Notes: a model not told the origin generated them from the letters alone. Counted from the first letter of the stretch, positions 1-12,715 are shown. The stretch: DNA of 64,000 nucleotides from Octopus vulgaris (GCA_951406725.2 OX597828.1:4402001-4466000), one strand, 5' to 3'. Numbers and translations: made by a program.

Positions 1-667
1 AATATATCTAAGTATTTGAAGAAGAAAACGTTAAAGCAAATTATGCATGTGTTTGTTTGAGATAAACATATTTTATTTCAGTATTAAATATTATATGCAA
101 TCTTATAACATGTGTGAGCTGATAACAGCATCATTTGTGTTCATATAAATTCAAAGGTCCGTTCATGGTTTTGAAAACAGATATACACAGGAAATATAAA
201 CATGCGAATGAATAATTTAAATCGGAATATATGCATGAAAATATGCATAAAGTCGAAGGTAAACGATTTATACGAATGGAAAGTTCCGTTGAGAGATTTG
301 CATTTATTATAATTCAAGAAGAATATTTCGCTAATGGCGCTGTAAATATATGAGCACCAAAATATTTTTACAACGACCATATAGTTTCCTGGACACGGTA
401 TTTGTCTACATCAGTAATAATCTATATTTTCTAAATTCCTGAATATAATTTATTGCATTTTTTTCGTAGACTTTAAATACAAACTAGTGAGAATGACGAT
501 AGCTTCTGAAAAAAATATTTTGTATAGATTGATATTTTTATAGTGAAAGATTGTGATCCATTTCAATTAAACTTTTGTTTTTTGTTCGATTATTTTAATG
601 CACTCATACAGAGAGTGGTGAACACGTAATCGAGACAAAGCATTATATATACAAATACAAGCATAGG

Positions 668-850
668 TGGATACGAATGGCTTAGTGACAGAGCGTTGTT
701 TTGATGATCGCAAGATTGTAGTTTCGATTCCCAGACCGGACAATGCATTATGTTTTGGAGCAAAACAATTCATTTCACGTTTTTCAATTCAACGCAGCTG
801 GCAACAATGAATACTTTTGTGACGGGCCGGTGTCCCGCCAAGGGGGGAGA
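668..850 (+). mobile_element. Degenerate tRNA-derived SINE (family C, same head as 49723)
   Basis: tggcttagtgacagagcg...gtttcgattcccagaccgg (A/B-box-like) followed by tgttttggagcaaaaca...catttcacgt...cagctg, colinear with 49723-49860. Confidence 0.6.
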
Positions 851-2640
851 ATTTTATGCCACATAATTCAGTACATGAGACTCAAGTTCCCAGGGATCGG
901 GTAGAATATTTGATATTTTTTATTATATTCAAACACATGTGCTTAAGTATGTATTTAAATACAGAAAGAGAGTGCGTGAAAGACAGAAAGAGAGAGATGT
1001 CCAGATAGGTAACAGATGCATGTATATATATATGTATATATATATATATTCTATGAATATGTTTGCATTCTCAAAATATTTATCTGTATAGGATTAATGA
1101 GTCAATAGTAGTGTTTTGTATAACTGAATGGCATCCTGTATTTACTTGAAGTGTTTGCATTCAGCGCACTGTATATTCAAATGATATATCTCATACTTTC
1201 GACACTTTTAGCAATTTAAATAAGTGCGCGTATGTGAGTGTGTGTGAGTATGTGTGTGTGTTTTTGTGTCTGTGTCTATGTGTGTTTGAGTAAGATGTTA
1301 TCCAAGTCTTCAGAACATCAAGGAGCTAGATACAATGACCCATTTGCAACCATAGATCGAGCAAGGAATAACTAGAATCGGTCATAGAACACAACAGATT
1401 GACTAGTTATTATTATCCTCCAAAAGTCTGTTCAGTTCTAAATAATGTATCGGCTACAATTACGTTATCAAGTTTACCCAACAACAACCAATTTTCATCC
1501 TCCAGTTCATTTCCGTTGTTCAATTAAAACCGTGTTAGTTTAATTATCTGACAATTATTTGTATCAAATTTTTCCAATGTGATTTTACAGAATATTTAAA
1601 TTAAAATTTGAACTATTTTTTTCTTATCAGAATTATATGAAGTAAAAACTTATACAGGATTCTACGAGCAAAACAAACCGTTCATCTTACAAGAAATAAT
1701 GACTTAATCCCTCTCAAACACAATATTTCCTCTTTAACAGATACGTATTGAATTGTGTAATTTTCGATATAATAATTCTGAGTAGGAGACGCTATTGGCT
1801 ATTGGTGTAGTTTGAAATTATTCGAGCATAGATCTACGTGTTCACAGCTGATATGTCTAAACAAGCAATAACTACGCCAAGAAGAACTATTCGTTGAAAT
1901 TTCTAGCGCTACTTAACATATCTTCTTTAAAAAATATTACTCTGAATTATTGCTAGATGACCATAGACTGAGAAATTTAAGTTGTGAATTACATGTGTGT
2001 TTATATACATTCTCGTAAATAAATTTAAGAAAACAGTGTTTTGAATATAGTTTGCATCTGAAGAATATTTATGATTAACAATATCATGAAATATAACGAA
2101 AATAGATACGTAAAATTAGATATTATAAACTACATTACATTATATATACCAAAGTCAGTAGTGGCTGTTCCCATCGCTCTAATTTCGGATGTGAATTTCG
2201 TTTCATACGACACCATTGTAAATGTATAATATCTTTTATTTAATCGACAATAATCTTAAGTGTGATGTCTTAGTAATGTCACATTTAAATGACTCACCAG
2301 CATACGAATATTAATATATTATGATATAAACTAGAAAAACAATATATCTGTATTACTGTGCCATTTTGTCTGGGCTGGAAACGAAAACTTTCTGGGAATC
2401 ATTTAAACCTATGATGAAGATCAAATCAGATACACATTTTAAAGTGATCTTCTGCTGCTCTAGGATTCAACTTGTATTGACATAAACTGCATTTAGTTCC
2501 GGCTTCATATCTGTCTGTCTAAGGTCAAATTTGCCTTTGTGAGATAGATAAAATAACGATGACTGCCCTGTTCCATATAATTGATTATAGTCATTCCCTA
2601 AATTTGTGCTCATGTATGTAATTAATATTTAGGCGAGAAT

Positions 2641-2852
2641 AAAGGCAGCAAGCTGGCAGAAACTGTAGTACGTCGGGCGAAATGCTTATCGGTATTTCGT
2701 CTATACGTTCTGAGTTCAGATTCCGCCGAGGTTGACTTTGTCTTTCACCGTTTCGGAGTCGATAAACTAAGTACCAGTTGCGTACTGGAGTCGATCTAAT
2801 CGACTGGGCCCCCTCCACCAAAATTTCGGGCCTTGTGCATAGAGTATAAAAG
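2641..2852 (+). mobile_element. tRNA-derived SINE family B, full length, with TSD
   Basis: Head ggcagcaagctggcagaa, B box gagttcagattcc, core ctttcaccgtttcggagtcgataaactaagtaccag; flanked by aatatttaggcgagaat (2624-2640) and aatatttagtcgtgaat (2853-2869). Confidence 0.85.
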
Positions 2853-3825
2853 AATATTTAGTCGTGAATTCAGTAATAATGTATTTGAAGAATATCAGAC
2901 GAAACCTAAGACATAGAATATGTGGAAAAATATTTTTAACAAATTCTAGAACAAATAACAAAAGAAAAGCATGTTAACATATTCATCATTTTAAATAAAA
3001 TATGTTTAAATAAAATATGTAGAGATTTACATAAATTCTTCACCTTTCTTGTGCAGCATTCAGTTGCGTTCAAGACGAACGATCGGTTAAGGTTTACGAA
3101 GATGTTGTAAATATAATTTATTATATTACTTCTTTGAAAATAGACGAAGCCAAGCACGTAATTCATATCTGTACTTTATCAATTTGAGTATCGTGAAACA
3201 TCATTCAAATATTATATAACATATTAAAACTCCAATAAATTATGTAGTAAGCAGTTGACAGTGAATTCCCTTTTGACATATAGAAAAATAAGCATCAGCT
3301 AAGATGTAAAATATGAATGAAATTCATAATCAAATTAAAGCATTTATGAAGATTACAGAAATGAATGTTACAATTCTGTATGATTTTGAATCACTATTGA
3401 ATCTATATCTCTCTACTTATGCAGCACATGGGCAGTGGATAGACATAAAATTCTTCAACGTAAAAATTTATCTTCAGTGGAATAAAAGTATTACACGCGA
3501 AATAAAATTAACTATAATTGGATTATTAAAAGAAAATCCTTGAAAGAAACGGTATCAAAATATTTATTACAATTTATCTATGAAATTACGACAGTTGTAA
3601 AGCCAGTAGTTGTTTCCTTGATTTTTAATTCATTCCGTTAACTAATGAAGTCACTGCTGTATTCCATTTTCTTATTGTGTGAAATATTTAGCCTAAGAGC
3701 TTAGGAAAAAAAAAACACAACCAATAAAACACGTTTGATATAGTAGTGAGTTAGAAAATAATCACGTGTTATTTTCATAAATTTTTGACTCACCTTTGTG
3801 TACATTAGGGTCAGTGAGAATAGAT

Positions 3826-3880
3826 CTATTTATCTATCTACCTATCTACCTGTATGTCTGTCTGTCTGTCTGTTTGTCTG

Positions 3881-3940
<60 letters not shown>

Positions 3941-4005
3941 CACGCATACACACACATATATATACACTGATTGATTGATAGATAGATAGATAAATAGGTA
4001 GATTA
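3826..4005. repeat. Compound microsatellite (CTAT/CTGT/CT/TA/CA/GATA)
   Basis: Visible directly. Confidence 0.9.
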
Positions 4006-5061
4006 ATTAATAGTTATTCAAACATATACAAATTCCAAGCCCGCGCACATGCACGTAATTCAAGTGAGCAACTCCTTGATGTCATCTGTTTGAAAAAGAA
4101 TTTAATGTAGTAAACCTGAAAGAGGAAATTATAAATACTTTTATGGTGAGGAAAATGCATCTTTAGCTTGATTATCATTATCATTTTAATCATTACGGTA
4201 AGCACGCTAGACAACTGTGAATAACGTATTTGTGTTATTAAATGTCCTCAGTGAAGCATAGATATTGCCGTGCTTGCCGAAATAGTAATGAGAGAATAAT
4301 TAATTAGCTGCAATATATTCTACACGAATAAGCAAGTGAAGTTATATTTGAACAAAAGTTTTATTTGGAATATTAATCTCTGTGTAACGGCTTTGACATG
4401 AAAAAAAAAATTGATGACAGTAGCTGCTTCACATAAAATGAAGTGAACAGGAAGAAACAAATTAGAAATCATCATGCGCTCAGTAAAATAATAAATAAAT
4501 AAATAAAAAGTTATCTAAATGATGAATTATATTTTCATATTTGCCTGCCTTTTAAAATATCAATCCTGTCTTATAACATCTTGAAATATATACACCATTG
4601 TGATTTCAGAGGTATTTATGATGGAATGAGTAAATATAAGAGTAACAGTGATTAAAAGTATGGAAAATAAAGCAGTTAGCTCATTTATAAATGAAACCAC
4701 TTGGATGTTACTTCGTAGATGTTGCTTCTGAAGACTTTTAATAATACTGAAATATCTTTAGCGTAGCCTCATCTTACTTCGTATATTTTAAATTGTGCAT
4801 TAAGCAGGAAAAAATTCTTCTAGGAATACAGTTTGTTACACAGCACATATACCTATGACTACTTTCATTTATATATATATTTAAATATGAAGAGTTTAAT
4901 TACGCACGTACACTTGCTTAAAAATAACAGTACAATATTCTGAAATTGGGGGAAATTATACACTTATAGCTATATATTACGATATAAAGGAAATATATCT
5001 GTAGAGGTTTAGCCAGAACACTCTTCATGCTGAAGCATAACTGTCTTCTCTGTAGCTAGCA

Positions 5062-5919
5062 TAGGCGCGGGCGTGGCTCTGCGAAAAGAGGCTTGCTTCC
5101 CAACCACATTATTCCGGGTTCAGTCTCACTGCGTGGCACCTCGGGCGAGTGTGTTCTACTATACACCTCAGGCCGACCAAAGCCTTGTGAAGCCGGAAAC
5201 TTAAAGAAGGTATGAAAATCTAACGTAAGCTGCAAAAGACATTTTAAGATCCACAAAGTTCAGAATTTATCTACAGCTCTTGGTGGTCCAAATCGGATAT
5301 GCAATCTATGTGGGTGGTTTCAGAACATTGTCTGGTTTAAAAAGCTACATCAGATGCCATGATGGTTCTAAGTTGTAGGTACCAGAGGTGATCAAACTCT
5401 GTATAAGGTGTAGACAACCACCATATATATATAAATTAAATTAGAGATAAAACCACTATTTGGCAACTGAAACAGTGATGGACATAAACCAAAACATAAA
5501 AAACAAAAAATAAATATAATTAATATAATATATGATATATATACAATATAAAATTTAAAATTTAAATTATTAAAATTTTAAATTTTTAAATTTATTTTTC
5601 TAAATTTTAATGTTTTTAAGTTTTAAAATTTTTAGATTTTTAGTTATATTACTTATTATATTATATTTAACTTTTCTATACTTTTTGGTTTGTTATATAA
5701 AAAAAAATTAAAAGTTCAAAAAATTAAGAAAAATTTAAATTTAAAAATATAAATTTTAAAATTTTAATAATTTAAATTTTAAATTTTATATTTGGTTTAT
5801 ATATATCACTGTTTGAGTTGCCTAATAGTGGTTTTATCTCTAATTTAATTTATATTTATACTGTAAAATTTAATTTAATCCTAAATCTAATTTTTCCCTG
5901 TAAGTTTGGATATACTCCC

Positions 5920-5961
<42 letters not shown>

Positions 5962-6180
5962 TTGTGTGTCTATGTGTTTGTGTTTATTCCCTCATCATCG
6001 CTTGACAACCGATGTTGGTATATGTGCGTCCCCCGTAACTTAGCGGTTCAGCAAAAAGTGACCGATGGATAAATATCGGGCTTACGAAGAATAAGTCCTG
6101 GGATTGATTTGTTCGACTAAAGGCGGTGCTCCAGCATGGCCGCAGTCACACGACGGAAACAAATAAAAAATAAAAGAAAG
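5062..6180 (+). mobile_element. tRNA-derived SINE family A, split by an internal insertion (about 5210-5920)
   Basis: Head ggcgcgggcgtggct...ccgggttcagtctcactgcgtggcacc...ggaaacttaaagaag (5062-5209); tail cttgacaaccgatg...ggcggtgctccagcatggccgcagtc (about 5975-6180); both match 51166-51550. Confidence 0.85.
5423..5860. repeat. Imperfect AT-rich inverted repeat (fold-back) nested in a SINE
   Basis: ataaattaaattagagataaaaccactatttggcaactgaaacagtgat versus atcactgtttgagttgcctaatagtggttttatctctaatttaatttat; inner arms (about 5545-5590 and 5745-5792) are also reverse complements. Confidence 0.85.
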
Positions 6181-6304
6181 GATATTGTTGTGCAGAGAGA
6201 AAATCAGTTTGAGTATTTTCAGTCATGTGATGGAACTTCACCAGTGACAAGTTCATAGAACTGATGCTTATTTTATGTATTATAATTCAGAGCTGAAATG
6301 CAAT

Positions 6305-6478
6305 ATTGGTTTCAAATTTTGATACAAGCGAGGAATTTGGGGAAAGGGTTACAGTCGATTAACTGGTACTTATTCTATCGACCCTGAAAGACGAAAGGCA
6401 AAATCGACCTCGGTTGAATTTGAACTCGAAGCGTAAAGACGGACGAAATACCGCTAAGTATTTTGCCCGGCTCACCGC
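6305..6478 (-). mobile_element. SINE family B, degenerate
   Basis: actggtacttattctatcgaccctgaaagacgaaaggcaaaatcgacctcggttgaatttgaactc is the reverse complement of the family B core and B box. Confidence 0.8.
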
Positions 6479-6884
6479 GTTCATGTGACGAAATGTAATA
6501 TTGAGATAGCTTAAATTATGTGCGTATATGTTGTTGCGTTTTGGGCAAAAAAACCCAGAATGGAGGGAACTTGCGTATACAAAGAAAACAATTCATATAT
6601 ATCCAGTAAATACGATTGGTACTTGTCGTTTCATGCAACATATTAGTTTTTATAACAGAAGCACATATGACAAAACGAAACGAACTTTTATATAAAAACT
6701 AGCATTATGACCCGGCGTTGCCGGGTCATAGTGCTAGTGCATGTATATATGTATATATATATATATATATGTGTGTACATATTACATGTACATCTATATA
6801 TATATATCTACACATAAAATGTAAAATACAAAGTTATATCTTGATATCGCTAGTGATAACAACACTCAAAATATATAACAGGCT

Positions 6885-7384
6885 GGAAATGTAGGCCCGT
6901 CTCTTGTAATTTCGATCAATTGTATCTTGTCCCCCTCTTGTATACAAGTGTGGCTACAATCCCACCTACCTCTAATTCTGGGGGGATATTTTAAATTTTT
7001 ACCCGGGACGTCCTACGTCTCAGATATAAAGATAAAAATAAAATATTTCCACTTTGCAAGGTTCGAGTCTATTACTCCCTTGCACGCTCCATTGACTCGA
7101 ACCTTCTATTGTGGCGAATTTACCGCCTCTGGTTAGATATATTTCATAGTCACACCAACACACTTTTCAATGTTGCTTTCTTCCAGGTGTTCAAATCTTA
7201 TTTTCTTCTCTACATTGTATACTTTATAGACAATAATCTTTTCTTTAATTTAATTTTTTATTTCGTTAGGTGGTGTTATCCTAGATTCTCCGTATTTGTC
7301 GGTGATCAATCCGAAATAGGTTTGTATTTCTTCCATTTTAAGTTTAATGAGTTCGCGTCCGCCGACGGCTGCAGCGAAATTCAT
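6885..7384 (-). pseudogene. LINE ORF1-like fragment captured in Helitron copy 1
   Basis: Manual translation: MNFAAAVGGRELIKLKMEEIQTYFG...EKIIVYKVYNVEKK...YLTRGGKFATIE...LYLRRRTSRVKI*NIPPELEV, with stops and frameshifts; the NVPP-type motif resembles the RRM of L1/Tx1 ORF1. Confidence 0.55.
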
Positions 7385-8120
7385 TTTTGGACTTTCTTCT
7401 ATCGAAGAGATTTTAACAAAAATGCTTCCGTATAGACGGTGAAAATATTGTCAATTTTCCCAAACAGGGACACAATTCAATTTTTAAACAATAACCAAAG
7501 CTCTTTCTCCCAAAGGGGGGGAGAGGGTTACGGTTTACAATTATTTAACAATGCAACACAGCAACGCTTGCCTTACGAGGAGCCAACAAACATGATAACA
7601 ATAGTTAAACAGTAATAAAATAAAAACGAAACTTACGGTGAATCAAAAGGCAGTACTCAGTTGAAGCTATAGTCATTTATGTATAAGAAATAAACCAACA
7701 GCAGTACTCAGTAGAAGCGTCTGTTCGAGAAAACAGACATTGCATACAGCCAAACTTCATATAGATACTTAATGCTAGCTAATTTGCAGATAATCTAATG
7801 TAAAAGCCGTGGTAAAGGGTATGTGCACAGCTCCATCTGGACTATTCCATTTCTGCACTTAAATTTCATTTTTTATTTATTCCCATTCATGTGAAACCAC
7901 TTACTCAAGTTCAAGCCATTGATGCAATTTTATACCAACTGCTATTTTTACTTTTAATTGTTATGTTACGATTTAATTATTGTATTATACTTTAGTTTGA
8001 TTTTAATTATTAATTACTACATATAATTCAATTGTTAATATTATTTTTATTGTTAAAGTGAAAGTATCTGACATAAAATAGAGAAATGTTTTTGTTTCAC
8101 TTTTAACACGTAATACTGAA

Positions 8121-8417
8121 ATAGTGGAGAAGATATGATATTGTTATGGGCTTGCCCTAGGCAAGAATTTGAACATTTTCTTTGCCCATGAAACTACATG
8201 GACAGTAAGTAAGGCATGTGTAAAATTTGAATGAAATTGGTTCTGTAGTTCTCAAGTTTTAGGAAATCATAGTGGAGAAGATATGTTATTGCTGTGAACT
8301 CGCCCTAGGCAAAAAGTTAAACATTCTTTTTTGCCGATGACACTCCCCAGACCCTAAGTAAGGCATGTGTAAAATTCGAATGAAATTGGTTGTGTAGTTC
8401 TCAAGTTTTAGGGAAAC
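8121..8417. repeat. Internal tandem duplication of about 148 bp in the Helitron (also at about 8835-9130)
   Basis: atagtggagaagatatg...aaggcatgtgtaaaatt...ctcaagttttagg occurs twice in tandem in both copies. Confidence 0.9.
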
Positions 8418-8783
8418 ACACAGACAGACAGACAGACACACAGACAGACACACTTTCTCAGTTTTATATATATAGAGATAAACAAATTTTAAACGATTGA
8501 AAAAAATAGCACAACAGTTTAAAAGAGCTACTCAATTAGTAACAAAAACAAAATGATATGCATCATCATGTTAGTCTATTGTTGTAACCATACGAAAAGA
8601 GCCCCCCAAAGCGAACATGAAATTTAGATAAGCACTAGTATCAGTGAAATTTTACTGAAGTCTTACTTGCAAATTATACAATAATGTATTATAGATGGGG
8701 TAGAAGACTTATTTACAGAAAAATCTGGATACCATAGCAAAAATATACCAGCACACCGGCTAAGAAGGTTGAGTAATTTGTAA

Positions 8784-9936
8784 TCTTTATAAATATAAAA
8801 CTGAGAATGTGTGTCTGTTTGTCTGCCTGTCTGTTTCCCTAAAACTTGAGAACTACACAACCAATTTCATTCAAATTTTACACATGCCTTACTTAGGGTC
8901 CGGGGAGTGTCATCGGCAAAAAAAGATTTTAACTTTTTGCCTAGGGCGAGCCCACAGCAATATCATATCTTCTCCACTACGATTCCCTAAAACTTGAGAA
9001 CTACATAACCAACTCCATTCAAATTTTACACATGCCTTACTTAGGGTCCATGTAGTTTCATGGGCAAACAAAATGTTCAACCGCTTGCCTAGAGCGAGCC
9101 CATAGCAATATCATATATTCTCCACTATTTCAGTATTACGCGTTAAAAGTGAAACAAAAACGTTTCTCTATATTATGTCAGATACTTTCACTTTAACAAT
9201 AAAAATATTAATAACAATTGAATTATATGTAGTAAGTAATAATTAAAATCAAACTAAAGTAACATAACAAAAGTAAAAATAGCAATTGGTATAAAATTGC
9301 ATATATGATTTGAACTTGAATAAGTGGTTTCACATGAATGGGAATAAATTAAAAATAAAATTAGCGTGCAGAAATGGAATAGTCCAGATGGATAATAAAA
9401 AATTAAATTAAGAAAAGACTATTGTCTATAAAGTATACAATGTAGAGAAAAAGAAGATTTGAACACATGGAGGAAAGTCTTGGTGCGACTATGAAAGGTA
9501 TCTAATCAGAGGCGGTAAATTCGCCACAATAGAAGCAAGGTTCAAATCAACGGAGCGTGCAAGGGAGTAATCGACTCGAACCTTGCAAAGTGGAAATATT
9601 TTAATCTTACCTTTATATCTGGGACGTAGGACGTCCCGGATAAAAATTTATAATGTCCCCCCAGAAGTAGAGGTGGTTGGATTGTAGCCACACTTCTATA
9701 CAAGAGGGAGGACAAGATGCAATTGATCGAAATTACAAGAGACGGGCTAACAATTCCAGTCTGTTATATATTTTGAGTATTGTTACCTCTAGCGATATCA
9801 AGATATAACTTTGTATTTTGTATTTTATGTGTAGATGTATATATATATAGATGTACATGTAATATGTACACATATATATACACATATATACATGCACTAG
9901 CGTTATGACCCGGCAACGCCGGGTCTTTAATGCTAG
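8784..9936 (+). mobile_element. Non-autonomous Helitron, copy 2 (internally shorter)
   Basis: A|TCTTTATAAATATAAAACTGAG at 8784; hairpin gacccggc-aac-gccgggtc at 9907-9925; CTAG|T at 9933-9937; lacks the segment at about 7262-7832 of copy 1. Confidence 0.9.
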
Positions 9937-10254
9937 TATAGAATAAGAACACTGAAATTGAAACGGTCAAATTTATTATCAATAAAATTAAAAGACATTC
10001 CACTCAGATAAAATGTCACCTACAAATGAAAGCATAAAAATGGAATTTATTTTAAAATAAAACGTAGAAAGACCTACAAAACAACAAAATGCATACAACA
10101 ATACAAACAATGTGTGACATTTGAAAACAAAGTGTAAACAATACAGAAGGTACCATGGAAGAATCGCTGAAGTAATAAATAAAATAAGTAACACATAGAA
10201 ATATATAAGTAAACCAATACCATGTGGTAATGACAATAGAATTCTGTACGTAAA

Positions 10255-10575
10255 TCCCCACTGGCAGATCGTCGTTCACGACGACGATAGTTCCAGTTAA
10301 TCCGATTAACGGTACTACCTGCTCCTGAAATTAACTTGCAAGTGACCGAGCACTCAATAGACACACGTACCCTTAACGTAGTTCTCAGGGAGAGGCAGCG
10401 TCATACAGGATACGAAACGGTTACCCCTTTGTATTACAGATACAGCTCATCTTTGCAAGCTGGTTGAACTGCGGCAACGTGAACTAAAGTATCTTGCTCA
10501 GGGACACAATGCGTCACTGGGTAACGAACACGTGACCTTACAATTGCATTCCGTATAATCTAACCAAGCTACACG
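10255..10575 (-). mobile_element. tRNA-derived SINE (family C-type head, different tail)
   Basis: Reverse complement gcattgtgtccctgagcaagatactttagttcacgttgccgcagttcaaccagc matches about 49800-49855. Confidence 0.7.
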
Positions 10576-11559
10576 TCTTAACCAAATCCCTATTAAATAC
10601 TTTGACAAAACAATTGTATACACTGAAGCAAATGCCTAACCTGAAACATTGTAAAATGCACAATGAAATACAGGCTCTGGCAAAAACATTAACGGGCATT
10701 AAAAAATATTGGGGGCGAACACAAAGAAAATAAATTGCAAAAGGAAATCTACGCTAATTCACAAGTGAAATTGAAGGAAAGGTAATACTACAAGCATGGT
10801 TCATCATAACCGTCAAGGAACTAACCAAATATTTAGTATTGCAAGTGATTGGAAATACTTCAGATTGCCATCTCCAATTTTAGGCTGAAGTACCTAACAT
10901 TTAGCTATGACTGTATACCAACAGCACTCAATAACACTATAGGTCTCACTTTCATTTCTATCTGTAGAGAGTATTTCATGCTCAGAATGTTATATTAAGC
11001 TGTGCTTCTGTCATTTTTAATAAATAAAAATAAAATAATCGGAAATATATTCTAGTTCCATTGCTCAGAGATATTCACGAAACCTCACTGAATCAGTTTA
11101 TATTAGATAGACACAAGGAGCTATACATTATTCTGGATATTGCATGTCTCTATTCCAAAGATACAAGATTAGACTTACGCCAACATATTAAGCGCATTAC
11201 TATTTCGTCTTGTAAACATGTGTTTTGAACAGACTGAAGTCAACTTAGGTTTATTATTGCTGTCCCGACCACAGCAGAGTAGCAACATAAACTAATAGTA
11301 AACATAATAATAAATAACAATTATCTGAGAAAGTATTCTTACCATTCTGATAAGAAGGCTGTTCATATATAGATTTACATAATCAAATACTTGTATATCC
11401 AATTTTAGTACAGGGTAGAGTTTTTATGTTCGCATTTATAATGTTACATAAAATAATGTAATTTCTATTCATTTCTTAGAATTTGTACCGTTTTTTGTTC
11501 AACATATGTCTATGTATTAGCGAAGTCTCATATAAAATATGAAGTGCTGAAGAGAGGAC

Positions 11560-12250
11560 CAACAGCATGAAGTGCAAAATAGATAACACTATCGATATTG
11601 ACAATTGAAGAATATGTGGCGTGAGGAGTGAAACTGTATGGCACATCGTTACCTAATGCCCAAAATTAGCACAACGCGTTAACAAAAGATGCCATGACAA
11701 TGCGGCAAGAAATATCCATTGGGAGCTTTGTAGAAATCACAGCCTACAAGTAGCAAAGATGTGGTATGAGAAGACTCCAGGAGTCACCGAAAATGAGAAC
11801 TGCAAAATCCTGTGGGATCCAATGATCCAGTGCGATCACCTGACCGGACATGGAAAATCGGACATTGCTTTGGTGAAAAAAAAAAAAGAAACAACATGTA
11901 TGATAATTGACATACCATATCCCGGTGGCAACAGGATCAATGGCAAGGAAGAAGAAACTATGACGATTTGAAGTGGGAAATACGAAGGTTGTAGTCGATG
12001 AAGAGAATAGACGTAATACCAATACTAATTGGTGCAATTGGAAGTATTAGTATACAGCTATCAACATGAGTGAAAAAGATTGGTGCAACTGTGAAAGTAG
12101 AACAACTACAAAAATCGGTATTGCTTGAAATTGCAAGAATCCTACATAGGGTTCTTGAAGCATGATCAGTAACCAAGTGTCATCTTAGTCTGCTGGCTGT
12201 GGACAGCTGACACTTTCTATCACACCCAGCAAAATAAGCTGTGAGTTTTC
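11560..12250 (+). mobile_element. R4/Dong-like non-LTR retrotransposon 3' fragment (CCHC knuckle and restriction-like endonuclease), decayed
   Basis: RICGVRSETVWHIVT*CPKLA; RCHD..ARNIHWELC; WYEKTP..ENENCKILWD..IQCDH....KSDI..MIIDI; VIPILIGAIG; 3' UTR similar to 34262-34320. Confidence 0.88.
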
Positions 12251-12715
12251 ATTGGTATGAGCATGTACCAAGTAAAGTTATTCAGGAGGATGGAAAAGTA
12301 ACGATACTCTAGAATTATGATGTAATCGAACACCGTCAGCCGGATACTGTCATATTGAGTAAGAGAGACAAATACTGTCAGATCATTGATGTAGCCATAC
12401 CAAATGACATGAATGTTGTGAGTAAAGAGGTTGAAAAATTCACCAAGTACTCTGAATTGACAGTGGAAATGGCAAGACTGTTTTGAATGCGAGAGGGTAA
12501 TGTAAAAGTGATACCGGTGGTGATTGGAGCGTTGGGCTCAATCCCATTGAAGCTTCAAGTTTTCTTACGACAACTGGAAATCTTGATGTTTTGTAAAAAG
12601 CAGCCTTATTGGGCAGAGCGCACTTCTTAAGGAAAGTACTATTTGTCTGAGGTTCTGTGACTTGGCATATGACTAAAGACTCCGGTATTTTTTTACCTAC
12701 ACTGTGTTACAAGGA
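12251..12715 (+). mobile_element. Second R4/Dong-like 3' fragment (different subfamily) ending in (AAT)n
   Basis: WYEHVPSKVIQED..; HRQPDTVILSKRDKYCQIIDVAIPND..KEVEKFTKYSEL; VIPVVIGALGSIP; A/AAT tail at 12716-12798. Confidence 0.85.

Larger units (their letters stand above)
6699..8478 (-). mobile_element. Non-autonomous Helitron, copy 1 (long form)
   Basis: On the minus strand: 5' A|TCTCTATATATATAAAACTGAG plus (TGTC)n; 3' hairpin GACCCGGC-AAC-GCCGGGTC then CTAG|T; inserted between A and T with no TSD; colinear with 8784-9936. Confidence 0.88.

Noticed and set aside
5300-5422. Possible type III hammerhead on the minus strand (GGTGGTT...CTGATGTAG...GAAACCACC)
   Set aside because: Stem III can pair, but the core is CTGATGT and stems I and II do not pair convincingly
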